From NCBI GenBank assembly GCA_013265495.1, contig MU057416.1, positions 552,545 to 616,544 of the forward strand: 64,000 bases of DNA. The letters run 5' to 3'. Origin of the DNA: Vicugna vicugna (Eukaryota). Below, in pieces: positions 52,588 through 64,000 of the stretch. Made by a program: the position numbers and the translations under genes. The notes beneath the pieces were generated by a model. The model saw only the letters and a program-made list of their open reading frames with translations. It was not told the DNA's origin and ran no database searches. Each line of letters starts with the position of its first letter. Positions within the stretch are counted from its first letter, which is position 1.

Positions 52588-53536
52588 GCCTCAAGTTAAC
52601 ATGTATATCAAGTCAGCTCATATGCCCAGGTATCTTTTCAGCAAAAGATGACTCTCTGTGACATTTCCACTCAAAACTACTCTGCTACTTGCTTTAACTG
52701 ATTTCTCACATAAAAGGAGTACACAGGAGACTGGGAGTTCATAGAATATAATTCTGCCTCAAATAAATCCCTGGAGTATTGGTCTGGACCTCGCTATCTC
52801 ATGATACACACTGTGATAAGGGAAATCTTAACAGCTTATAGATCTAGACTCAGAATTTTGGAGCTGGTGGACACAGCAGGGATCCTGGCCCCCACCCAGT
52901 CCTTGGCCCACACGTCCACGTTGCATTCTCTTTGTTCCCAAGTGGCTTTTGTCAACACAGAGGACACTCTGCAAATCTCCATAGTGGCTCATTATTAATG
53001 AGGAACCACTGAATCGCTTGCATTCGTGAAACTAGTAGTTCCAATGTATATTTTTGTTTTTTTAAAAAAAAGTGGAAGTTGAATTCCGCAGAAAGATGAT
53101 AAAGTTTATTTTCCCACCTCTTGACAGTGTTCTCCTCAATCACCAATTAAGGAAGCTGTTCAGTTATCTGGAAACACATCTTAAGACCGGCCTGAAGCCT
53201 CCACAGTCTCCTCTCCTTGAGAAACCTCTCCCTGGCTTTCCACACTCCTGGCCGCTTCCACCCCCAGGGGGTCTAATCTGCCTTCTTTCAAAGTCTCTTT
53301 CCTCTACTCTTCTCCGGCCCCCAGGAGCGCGGCCTCAGCACTGCACCCCTTCTCAGCGACCTGACAGCCACATGTAAGGGCTTTGCTCTACCTGCCTTTG
53401 TGTTTGCTGGGAAATATGTCACATTTCCTTTAGGAAGTATAATTAAAGACTCCTTCTAGCAAAATAAAATCTTCCGTACCAGTCAGTGAAAGGAATGCGA
53501 GCTACCATCTGCCCGACACGGCCAGGAAGGCAAGGA

Positions 53537-53587
53537 GTATGTGTGTGTGTGTGTGTGTGTGCGCGCACGCGCACGCACGTGCATGTG
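53537..53587. repeat. Alternating purine-pyrimidine tract (TG)n-(CG/CA)n
   Basis: 51 nt of uninterrupted purine/pyrimidine alternation. Confidence 0.9.
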
Positions 53588-55908
53588 AACTGCACCGCCC
53601 TGGGAGTCACTCGAACACTCCCTCAGGCGCGGCTGGAAAGGTGGATGGGCTTGGGAGAGCTATACTAGTGCCACCTACCTCTGCTGACACACTGTAATTT
53701 TTTGTCTGGCTGGCTTCTAAGTAAACCAAAGCAGTGGTGACAGAAGCTCCTAACTTTCGGGTGGAAGCTGGGGCAGAGGCAGGCGGGCAGGCAGAGTTGG
53801 GGGAGGGCACGGGTGGGCACCTCCCGCACTGTCTGTGCTTACGGTAACCCGGCCGCCCCAGCTTGGGTCCTGGCTTCTCTGGGAGCAGATGCGGAGTTTG
53901 GGCCGCACAGCACTGATTGTAAACACCCGTGGAGGGGTGGTGGCGAACCAAGATCTGATGGGGCAGCGCAGGGGTGTAAAAGTCACACTGAACTAATCTA
54001 GAACGTGGGCACAACAAAGCCTCTTCTAAACCTGCCCCGCGCACCAGACTCTAGGTGTCCAGGCTGGCCTGCAGTGGCCGGGCCTTAATCTTCCCCTCTG
54101 AACCAGTGGCCCGATTCCAGCAGCGAGCAGGGAAGGGGTGGGCCATGGGGGGCTGTCTGCCGACCACCGCTGGGCAGCAAGTCCTTTCCCGAAGGGGCAT
54201 CTGAGTGGTGCATCTCTGTCTCCACCACAGCTAAGGGAAACTGGGAATAAACGTAGACTTGCAGACGAAGAATTTCAAAAGAATGTGTCCCAGCCTCGAC
54301 AACACAGCGGGGTCCAGTGATTGTTCCCTTACAAGGGCCTCCTCTCTGGCAGAGTCAGCAGAACAGAGTAAGTCCCTGATTCTGCGGCGTGACCTGAGGG
54401 GCTGTGGTATCTCCTGTGCCCCCTGAGGACTTACAGCTTCCAGACGTGTCCGTCAACCCCGCTGGGGGCCCAGCAGCCGAGGCCCTTCCCCCGGGAGTCC
54501 TCCCGACTACTGCCTGCAGGTGCGGGACGCAGTCCGCCTGCAGAGTGCTCACCCACTGGCGCAATCACTGGCTCGATTAATTAAATAAGACACTCACTCT
54601 TCCTCATGCCTATTTCCAAGAGTGTATCAGAAAGATGTATTTTAAATAATAGCAAGTCAATGTGGGAAAATAGACCTCATAAGAAGAGTACTCTTCCACG
54701 ATCACTTGTTAGAATAAAAAGCCCTGCATTAACTTGCTACCTGTTTGTCGGAGTCGTCTGTGTCCTAGTGACAGCCTCACACACGGACATGACGGTGTTC
54801 TTGGGGACTCGAAGACTGCAGTCTCACTGTGCAGACATGATATAAACGGGTGGAAAGTTCACGTAAACGGCAGTGAAGGACCTAGCGCACACACTGAGCC
54901 CAGACGTGGGCGAGGTCGACACGGAGCTGAGCAAAGCGAGAGTGGAAGGGGAAGGGCTGCACAGAGAGTGAAAGAGAGAGAAATCACTGGAATAAACTGG
55001 CCTGAACACTTCAAGAATTTGAAGGAGGGATAAAACTTTGGCAGGTAAAGCAGGAGGGCTGAAGAGGTGGACTGAGGCCAGAGCTGGGAGGGTCTCCAAT
55101 ATGAGGTTAAAAACTTTGGGTTTTATCCTTTATAAACGAGGAGGCATTAAATGTATCTAAGTGAGGCTGGAATGATGGAAGGCATGCAGCAGGATAATGA
55201 GTTTGCCGACAACGGAAGGATCACTGCAAACGGAAGAAACAGGGAGCTGAAGGTGGAGGGGAAGCACCAGGCTGAGGCAGGAAGTGACGGACGACTCTCT
55301 AGGGCGAGCTCAGGGAGTGAAGGTGCAGGCTGGCCGGTTGCACAGACACCAGCTTCTCACAGGTTACTCTCTTCAAATGCAAATTACTTCTGCTCCGGAA
55401 GGACAGCTGGCAGGACCTGGGGAGATGTGGGTCAGCCACGCCTCCGGGGCCACGCCAGGCATCTCCTGGGCAGAGGCCAGGGCTGCCGCTCAACACCCCG
55501 TAACGCCCAGCCCTCCCGCCTCCCGCAACAGAGCCTCTCTTGGTCCAAGGTGTCCGTAGCGCTGGGGAAGGGAAACCCCGCCTTAGAGTGGAACGGTTTG
55601 CCTCGCTGTTCTTCCGAGCTGGCCACGCTCCCCGAGTACTCCTGCCTCTCCAGAAGCTCACTCGGGTAGAAGCATAAAATCATCTTGCTAACCTGGTGGA
55701 TAAATATTTCACAATAAATTCTAATAGCAGGGGAATGCTTCTTCAGACCTACTTATGCGGAATTACTGGAGCAACGTAAGACAAGAATGATCTTTCTGGT
55801 CCTCCTTAGAACGGTCCCTCCTCGTACTAGAGCATCTCTGTGACACTACACAGGAAAAAGGAACAAAAGGAGTGTCAGCTACGTCTGTTCTGTAGGAACT
55901 AATCTATC

Positions 55909-56049
55909 CTTTCTTTCTTTCTTTATTTTTTTTTGTCTTTTTTTAACTGAATTATAGTTGATTTACAACGTTGCATTGATTTCTGGTGTAAAAAGAGGAT
56001 GTTGAATAAGGTCCTACTGTGTAGTTCAGGGAACTACATTCGACACCTT
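55909..56049 (-). mobile_element. Very short L1 3'-end insertion with an internal inversion
   Basis: 55909-55990 is the antisense L1 terminus with poly(T). 55991-56049 is a sense-oriented upstream L1 3' UTR segment. Confidence 0.7.
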
Positions 56050-58699
56050 CTCTTTCTATAACAAATCCAGTGTCCCTCGTGACGCCACCCTTGACAAAAC
56101 CCCAGTGCTGTGCCAGATGAAAGGAGAATAAGCTTCTGCGTGGCGCTGCAGTCTCTCTGGTCCAGCCTGACGCAAAGGGATGCCCTGCCGACGTGCTGGT
56201 TCACTTCCCCACGTCGGGCCCGTCATCCACATCTCCTTTGCCCTCGTCTCTGCTCTTCCCACCGCCCTACAAAGGCTGCCAGATAAAGTACAGGGAAGAA
56301 ACTGAGAAGGGCCTGGGTGGTGGAGGCTGTGTTTCTCATGGGTCAGGAAAGCCCCAGGCCACTTCCATCTTCCGAAACCTCTGCTTCATTGACAAAATAA
56401 AATAATAACGCCAAGACTGGATGACAGAAACACTGTGTTTTAATGTAATAATTTAGCAAACTACTACTTTTGTCCAAATAACACCATGCTGTTCACAGGG
56501 ACACTAGATTTATAAACCTCTCAGAGAGCAGGAGCTGATGCTGCAGCAGTGAGGCCACGCTGAAAGCTGTGCAATAAAAACAAGGTTTTCTTTTAAACCT
56601 GAGAGCGTGTCTCCAGAACGTGGCTTCATCATCTCAAGGTAGTATTAGAGTGTCGGGGTTTGTTAGTTGAGTTAGTAAAATTAGTCCATGTGGAGATACT
56701 CTCTCCCACACGAACTGTCTCCTCATGAGCTCTGGAGAGAAGAGGAAAGATGGGGAGGAACCCTGGGAAGTGGCCGGCGGGCAGAGAGAGACCCCGTGGT
56801 CGCCTCTGGGCTCGAAGTGTGTGGAGAAGGCAGGAAACCACATTGAAAAGGTGTCTGTGAGTCACCACTGAAGTGGGTGTGGTTGGTTTGACTGTGTGAT
56901 GGGGGGGGGAGTCCACAATGGAGAAAACAAGTCAATTTGAAAATTAATGCTATGCTTTTACTCACTCAAACTATTCTAAGGTTCTGTGTTTTATTTTTCT
57001 GAATCGCTATCAGTAGTGACTTAAGTCCTGAGATGGGCGAGCTTTCACACTTGCATGGTATTTTTCTAGTTCTGGGAAGACCAGCTTCCTGTCCTGGGTG
57101 CTCAAGGCACAAAGTCTCCCCTCCCAAGATCCCCTACGGCTGACTGGGGGCCTCTTTTCAGAGCCACCTCTCCTGAGGTCCGGCTTCCCGGGCCCAGACA
57201 CAGTCAGTGCCGATGGAACAGCCCCTGGATCCACCAAGACGGCCTCCTGCCCCAAACCCCGAGCCTCTGTCCTGCTCTCGCCCATGTTTTCAATGACTGA
57301 CTGATTCATTCATTCATTCACTCATGAAACAAGGATTCACTGGGCACCAACTACAGGCATCACTCAATGAACCAGAGCAAGACACAGAGATAAATAAGTG
57401 ACAAAAAATAAGGTATCAAAATATTGTCCTTCTTGAATGTTGGCCTGAGCAGACACCAGCAACATCCGTGGGTCCCAAGTCACTGTCTTTGGATCTGGGT
57501 CAGTTGTAACAGACCCTCAATGGGCCGCAGTGAGAGGTGGTGAGGTTTTCATCAGGCTCAATATATTAAATTTAAAAGATGGTTCTTTGTTCTAAGAGTA
57601 TGTCTGCTGTTTCTCTTTGGGGGACAGTAAATTTATTTCTTCTTTTATTAAATAATGGTAACAAGAGATGACAGTATTTTTCCTTTGTTTTCTTTGTTTT
57701 TTAAAATTTGTTCTTGACAAAATAAAAGTTGACACTTTCTGCTGAGCGGCTTTTCTTGTTTTTTCAATTGTGCAGACCGTGAAATCTCCACGTCTGAGAA
57801 CCACTGATTTATACCCTGAGGTCAGGCCCCAGGGCTCCCATTAAGGCTGGGAGGCTGCCCCGTGGGTCCCGCTGACCCAGTAGACATTCGATACCCCCGG
57901 GCGCTGGCCCGCTAGCTCGGGCCACAGGCATAATTACACCTTTTGGTTCTCCTAGGTTTTCAGGATGTAAGCACATATTTTCATCTTTCTAATTTACTTC
58001 TTATAGATCTGTCTCCAACTCTTGCTGCCAAGGACTACGATTATACTGTATTTAGCAAACATCCTAATTAGGAAAATGGCTCGTGAGCTTTACTATGTGG
58101 GGAAATGTCACAGATTCCAAACTAGCAAATCAAAAGTAAAATATGGTATTATTAAAGTGCCTCATTTTCTAGTGTTCAAGGTACTGATGCTGGCGGCTGT
58201 ACATTTTACCTGAGATTTGGAGAGGTTTAAATGTTTTGTCTGGGGTTCGAGGTGTAGTCCCTAGAAGATTAAAAGTCTGGTTATTAGGGCGACGTTTCTT
58301 CTCCCATCTAATCAGGTCTAATGCCCTGGAAATGGATCTTCTCCAGGGCTGTCCCTTGCTCGCCCCCTCCCTCCAGCCCACGGTCAGTGCCCACGCTGAC
58401 ATCTGCACCCATGTGACAGCCTCACGCTGGGCTGCGTCTCTCTGCTAGTTCACACCTGCCATGTCTGTCCAGTCCTACACCCTCCTCCCACCGGCCCTCG
58501 GACGTCTGTGAACATGTCTCTTTCCTGCTTTCAGGACTCTCCATTGCTGCCTAAGTGGCATTTAATTTCCATCACCCGTCGTTTAAAACTGCCCTCAGTC
58601 TACGTCCACACACACTTCTGGACCTCCAACTGAAACTTCCACACATAGGACCAAAGTCAGATTAATTTCACTGAAAGAAAAGAGGAAAGGAAACTCACA

Positions 58700-58915
58700 A
58701 TGATGCGTCTACCAGGTGCTGCACCAGTTTATGCACATCGTCGCATCCATTCCCCCACAGGCGTCTACGCGAAGGCTGTCATGAGCATGATTTCACGGAC
58801 GGGGAGTCTGGGGCTCAGAGACGCCAAGGAATACATGGAAGTTTGTAAGAAGAATGAGTAGTGGGCTGAGACTCAAGTCTGTTTGCCCTCAAACTTGTCC
58901 TTCCACCACTCAGCA
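58700..58915. mobile_element. MIR SINE fragment
   Basis: catgatttcacggacggggagtctggggctcagagacgccaagg...gagactcaagtctgtttgccctcaaac. Confidence 0.55.
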
Positions 58916-60103
58916 CTCCCTTTTATTTATTTATTTTTTAATTTAGGAAACGCAACCTTTGCTCCAGTCTAAGGAACTACCAGCACCAGAGAGTGAAGAG
59001 ACTGAGAGCTTCTCTGCAGCTTCTGAAGTCACAGCGAATGGCTGGTCGTTCATCTGCCACCACTGGGGACAGCAGCTCAGAAGCCCCCTCACTGGCCTGT
59101 CTGTCACCGTTTCGCAGGCTGTTTCGATCTGACACGTCGGCGCCTGAGGAGGGGAGCCCTGGTGATCACACCCTCACGTGCTGGGTGCTCAGAGCTCAGA
59201 GCTGGGGGGAGCACCTCACAGTGGCTTGCTCAACCCTTCACTGAACAAATACAGCCACTGGGATCCCGTGAGGTGAGGGGACCCCCCAAAGTCACAGCTA
59301 AGAAGGGGCAGACACAAGGCCAGGAGGAGCAGCCACGACATCCACGGAAATCCTCGACGACCACGTGTTACCAGGCTGCTCCCCGAAGCAGGAAACAAAT
59401 GACCGCCATGTGGTCGTAGAGCACACAGAACATAAACATGTTTTAAAGTTTTCATCACTATTTTCATATTTAAAAGTTGAAAGCAGTAAAAATGCTGCCT
59501 GCTGACAAAGATCAAAGACTGTTGTACTGAGAAAAACATTCATTAAAAACTTTTGGAAAACTTAAGAATGTATGTGAATAGGGTCTTGAAGACGCCTGGG
59601 ACAGGACAGGACAGGAGGAGACGCCTGCCGGTGCCACGCACGCTGCCTTTGTCCAGAGAGACAGCCTCAGTTGTGACCCTCCTGCACTGCGCAGACCTCG
59701 CGTGGCTCCTGCATCATGAACACGGCCCTCCAGGGGTCCACTAAGAAGCGAGGTGACTTGGCAGGCAAGATGCAATCTAGTTTCACCTCTGAGCTACCAG
59801 CAAGAGAAAATGGGCCCAGAAGACGTCCATGTGGGGCGACGTGGGCCATTCAGGGAGAGTAAGTTGACCAGGTGACTGCGGGCAGCCCCCCAACAGCAGG
59901 CTGGGAGATTAGCACGAGGGAGGCTCCGATAAAGAGCTTAGTTGAATTTTACCCTCTAATAATGTCTCTCCCATAGTCCAAGTCATCTCTCCTAAAATCT
60001 CATAACACGTCTTTGAGAAAGTTTGAATTCCTGGACCAATACCCTTTTCTGCCTCAACGAAGACACGGTGCCATCTCTCCCTCCCCCAGCTGGAATGGGG
60101 CAG

Positions 60104-60325
60104 GTGGGGGGGCAGGGAATAGCCCAGTGGTAGGGCTCCTGCTTAGCATGCATGAGGTCCCGGGTTCAATCCCCAGCACCTCCACTAAAAATAAATAATT
60201 GAACCTAATTACCTCCTCCTCCACCAAAAAAAAAAAAAAAAAAAAAGGGGGGAATTTAAAAAATTTAAACCTGCGGCCAAAAAAAAGGGGGGAACCTCCT
60301 CCTCCACCAAAAAAAAAAAAAAAAA
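60104..60325 (+). mobile_element. tRNA-derived SINE (camelid Vic-1-like) with an 11-bp TSD
   Basis: A box tagcccagtgg, B box ggttcaatccc, poly(A) tail, and TSD gaatggggcag at 60093-60103 and 60326-60336. Confidence 0.9.
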
Positions 60326-63300
60326 GAATGGGGCAGTTTAAGTAATTTGAACTTGTGCTGAATGATTAGGGTGGCTCCTGGAATCACTTACAAACTAAGG
60401 CACTCAAACATCTCCACGTCAGTCTAGCCCTCAGTGTCTGCACGTACCCAGATGTCTGAGCAAGCAAAGGGCTCTCTCTCTCTTTCTTTCTTTCTTTTAA
60501 AGAGCATTTTCAGCAGTTTCAAATTTCTATGCATTATATATTCCTGGAGCCCTGATAACCTCCACATTGAAGCACTCTGGAAAATCTGAAGAGCTTGAAT
60601 AATTTTAAATTGCTCAGTGCACGGCTCAGGGCTTATGTACTTTACCAACTGGAAAACCCGCTCAATTTTGAAGCACTTCAGTAATTTTAAGTCAATGTAC
60701 GTGCATTCAGATTTAATCTCGTGTTTGAATTTTGACGTTTGGTTACCTCCTTTGGGCCAACGGAAAAATAAAGACTATCTTCATCCTGAGGCAGTTTTCA
60801 TAACTCGCATTCATCTTTAAGGACGTCTTCTGTAGGTGATTAAATCAACACAGCGAAAGTATCCCAGGTTGATGAGGTCTGTTTGCTCCACAAACAGCTG
60901 AACCTTGACTATGTCTGCCACACTTGACTTTGAGAATTTCAGTTCAACAATGTGTCTTGCTCACAAAACTTAAGGCCAAGTTACCATTAAGGTTGACAGT
61001 TGGCTGTTGAACTAAGCATCGCAACTGGTGAGATTTGACAGCCGCAAAACAAACTTTGCCCTGCTCTTAAATGGAGCGAGCTGTGATCACTAGAGATGAG
61101 GAGTGGGGAAATTCCAAATGTGAGGCACTAAAAGAGCTTTCATTGTACAAGCTACACGTGATTGAATTTAGGGTGAAAAGGAGGCTCTGGTTACACCGCG
61201 TGCTGAAATGAGTGAATCAAAGTTCTGCATGGTGTCATTTGGAACGCACTGAATTAGCCAACCTCCCTACCCCGCCCTGCATCCCCCTAAAGAGGAAAGA
61301 TGTTTAAAGTCAAAGCAGAAGAGTCCGCCACCCAACCTCACAGAGTAACTCCATGGGATTCACCACATGTAGGGTTACAGGATGTGACCTGTTGCATACA
61401 GCGCCCTACACAGTCATAAATTAAATTTACTGTAACAGCTAAACACACAGAGGATAAAGAATCAGAGTCCAACAATACAAGCAAGACCCAAATTAAGGGT
61501 ATCGATCATTTGCCTCATAAGTGAGAGCGCAAAACCATAACGTGATTAACAGCAGTGCTATCAGGTGAGCCACCCAGCCTCCTCCACCTGCCACAGAAAG
61601 TGCTCCTTGCGTTCAAGGGGACACCAACTGTCATTTTGTAATGTGTCTTCCAAGTGTTCTGTCTCATCTACTTGCTGAAGCATAATCAGAAAAAATTTTT
61701 AATTCAAGTAAGGATGTATTGAAAATAAGTAAGTGTTTAAGGTTCACGGTCAGCGGAGGCAAATTCCGCAATTCCTCAATTCTGGGCATTTTTGGCAGGG
61801 TGCTTTCCTTCTATGTGGAATTGTAAACAACACAGTGGAGCTTGAGGGGGGGTTCTCTGAGGAAACATGAGTAATTCAAGCCCAGACCGCGTTCCCCAAA
61901 CTGAGAAGGTCGGAAAGCGTCCTTTCCCACCCCGAGTTCTCAAACGCGTAGCCACGGGCGCTTCCTAGCAGCCGGGACAAGGGGAAGAAAAGATACATGG
62001 AAAGTGTACCTCTGTTTTGAAATAAAAGTAAAGACTTGACTTTAAGCAGAGGTTAGGGTCAGGCCAGGTCAGACATCTGATTCCCCAGGTCAGGCCTCTT
62101 CAGCCCCTGATCCACCCAGGCAAGCATCGTGTGCGAACCCTCCTCTGACAAAAGCCCCGAAAACAAGGCATTTTAATACAATCCGGACTAATTAGGCTTC
62201 CAAGTTAGCATAAAGGCACACTAAAAAAAAAAAAAACACAGAGCCCGTCTCATTGTATGGCAATTAAAAAGTGCATTGTGAACAAAGAATGGCCGACGTG
62301 AAAAGTGGCATGAAGCAAATTATCCTATTTTCCCAAATTTCAGGAAAATCATTTTCCCAAAGTAATAGGATTATCCGTCACAAAGAATGTTTGAAACTCT
62401 ACTGTTTTATATGCCAACAAATCCAGCCATGGAAAAAAGAAACCAGGAGCAGCCTCCAGCAGAAACACAATGGAAGAGGCTCGTGGGTGTGTTTGGCCCA
62501 TTATTTACAAGCGAAAAATTCCTTTGTTCACTGTGCGTCTCGAACAGACTTATGGCCAGACCTGACAGACCAGTCTCCGACCAAACCAAATCCCCTGTAT
62601 TTGCAGGAATCTGACTGATACACACTTAGGAGATCTCAGGTCCCACTATTGGCAGGAGGGAAGGTCTTGTGTGTTTATGAACAAAAATTATGCATAACTG
62701 ATTATATGATGAACATTCCAGCATAAGATGCATCCACACCATTTTGAAACTTGAGGCTGCCACACCACTGAATTTATTTTGTGCCTTTGAGGCATATTTA
62801 ATACAGGGGAGGTTTTCTCTTTACTGTGAAATTCCTATTATGCTAACTCTTTAATTTGCAGTAAATGAAGTCAGTCATCTTACCCTCGGGGTAAAATAAC
62901 ACTGGGGAAATAAATGTTTTAGAAAATATTCAAAATAAACCTGCTGGAGGAATAACTTACCTCCTGCTCCTATCTGCATCTTCATACATAACACCACGGT
63001 GAATACGTTCAAGAAATAGACAGAAAGAAATTTAAAAGTGTATTTTTCTGGTTTCATTACTTCTTTTCATGGTCAAGTTCTGGATACATTATTAAAATAA
63101 ATTGTTTATTTTATTCTTCCATTTGCATGAGCTGAACTATAATTTTAGTCAAACCTCCCCACAACAGAAAAACCTCACTCACTATGTGATCATCTCCAAC
63201 AAGAGTGTTGGGGTGGAGGCCCAGCTCTCCAGCTCCCTCATCGCGTCGCTCAGTTCACAACACAGAGACAGTTCACCACTCAGCGAGCTAGTGCAGACCC

Positions 63301-63412
63301 TAAACTTTACACACATTTTAGAATTGTTTGTAAATGCATTTTCCACAGCACAGAAGTAGTCAATATAGTAATGGTCGCCTCTCTGTAAAAGGCTCCCCTG
63401 TTCGTCCTCTTC

Positions 63413-63545
63413 TTTTTTTTTTTTTTAACGGATGTACAGTCAGTTACATTGTGTCAGTTTCTGGTGTGCAGCACAGTGTCCCAGTCATGCACATACATAC
63501 ATTTGTTTTCATTTTCTTTTTCATTAAAGATTATTATATTTATAT
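63413..63545 (-). mobile_element. Short L1 3'-terminal fragment
   Basis: Poly(T) followed by gtacagtcagttacattgtgtcagtttctggtgtgcagcac, the reverse complement of the L1 end seen at about 32050-32100. Confidence 0.85.
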
Positions 63546-64000
63546 GCTGGGCATAGATAAAGACAGTGTAAGTGACTGCAGAAAGGGAAGACAGGCTAAA
63601 AGAAACATTTGAAAAAAAATTAGTCTTTGTGATGGAGTGAACACCCATGAGAAATAAATGGAGAAATCAACATTTAATCGAAAAATGTCTTGGATAGAAG
63701 GCTGATATTAAAACAAAAGAATGAACCACAAGTGTAGCCCGAGGTGGAAGCAGCACATGCAAAGTGTCAGGTGCGGGTGCGTGTTTATAGTTCATTTATT
63801 TTTCAGGTGGAGCATCTGAGATAGTCCAGAAAATCAAGAAATAAGTCGGTGGACGGAGAGAAGGGTTGAGTAAGGCCAACCAGAAAACAACCCAGGAAAC
63901 CAGAGAATGTTTCCTTGGATTGTTTGCAAATAGCAGTGATTGAACCATGAGCCCAGGGAAAGAGTTTCTGGAACACGTGATACGTAGATTCCCGGTTCCC

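Noticed and set aside
55151..55669. Longest ORF in the track (172 aa)
   Set aside because: Begins in L2-like sequence, has low-complexity GC-rich composition, and shows no domain or splice support.
60112..60185. tRNA-like A/B box sequence
   Set aside because: Has a SINE body, poly(A) and TSD, so it is a tRNA-derived SINE rather than a tRNA gene.
1..64000. CRISPR arrays, operons or prokaryotic defence systems
   Set aside because: The sequence is mammalian genomic DNA with no regularly spaced repeat-spacer array and no gene-dense ORFs.

Overview
Mammalian nuclear genomic DNA, very probably camelid (camel/alpaca/llama), judged from several tRNA-derived SINEs that resemble the camelid Vic-1 type. 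The window is dominated by transposable-element relics: L1 LINEs of several ages, MLT1/MaLR and ERV1 solo LTRs, a Tigger5/MER47-like and a MER20 DNA transposon, MIR/L2 fragments and microsatellites. No complete protein-coding gene can be identified. The ORF track consists of decayed L1 ORF2 pieces and chance ORFs. A CpG-island promoter at about 11.6-14.0 kb appears to drive a minus-strand gene running off the left edge (donor at 11927, acceptor near position 15). A near-identical 1.77-kb tandem duplication sits where its first exon should be, most likely a haplotype mis-assembly. Other notable signals are a strongly AT-to-GC converted tract inside an old L1 (GC-biased gene conversion signature), a candidate decayed transmembrane/dileucine-tail exon at 21.5-21.7 kb among other minus-strand exon-like segments, a twin-primed L1 inversion, unexplained short direct repeats, and a garbled read artefact in a SINE tail. 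I found no convincing novel biological system. Repeat family names come from recalled consensus sequences and need RepeatMasker/Dfam confirmation.
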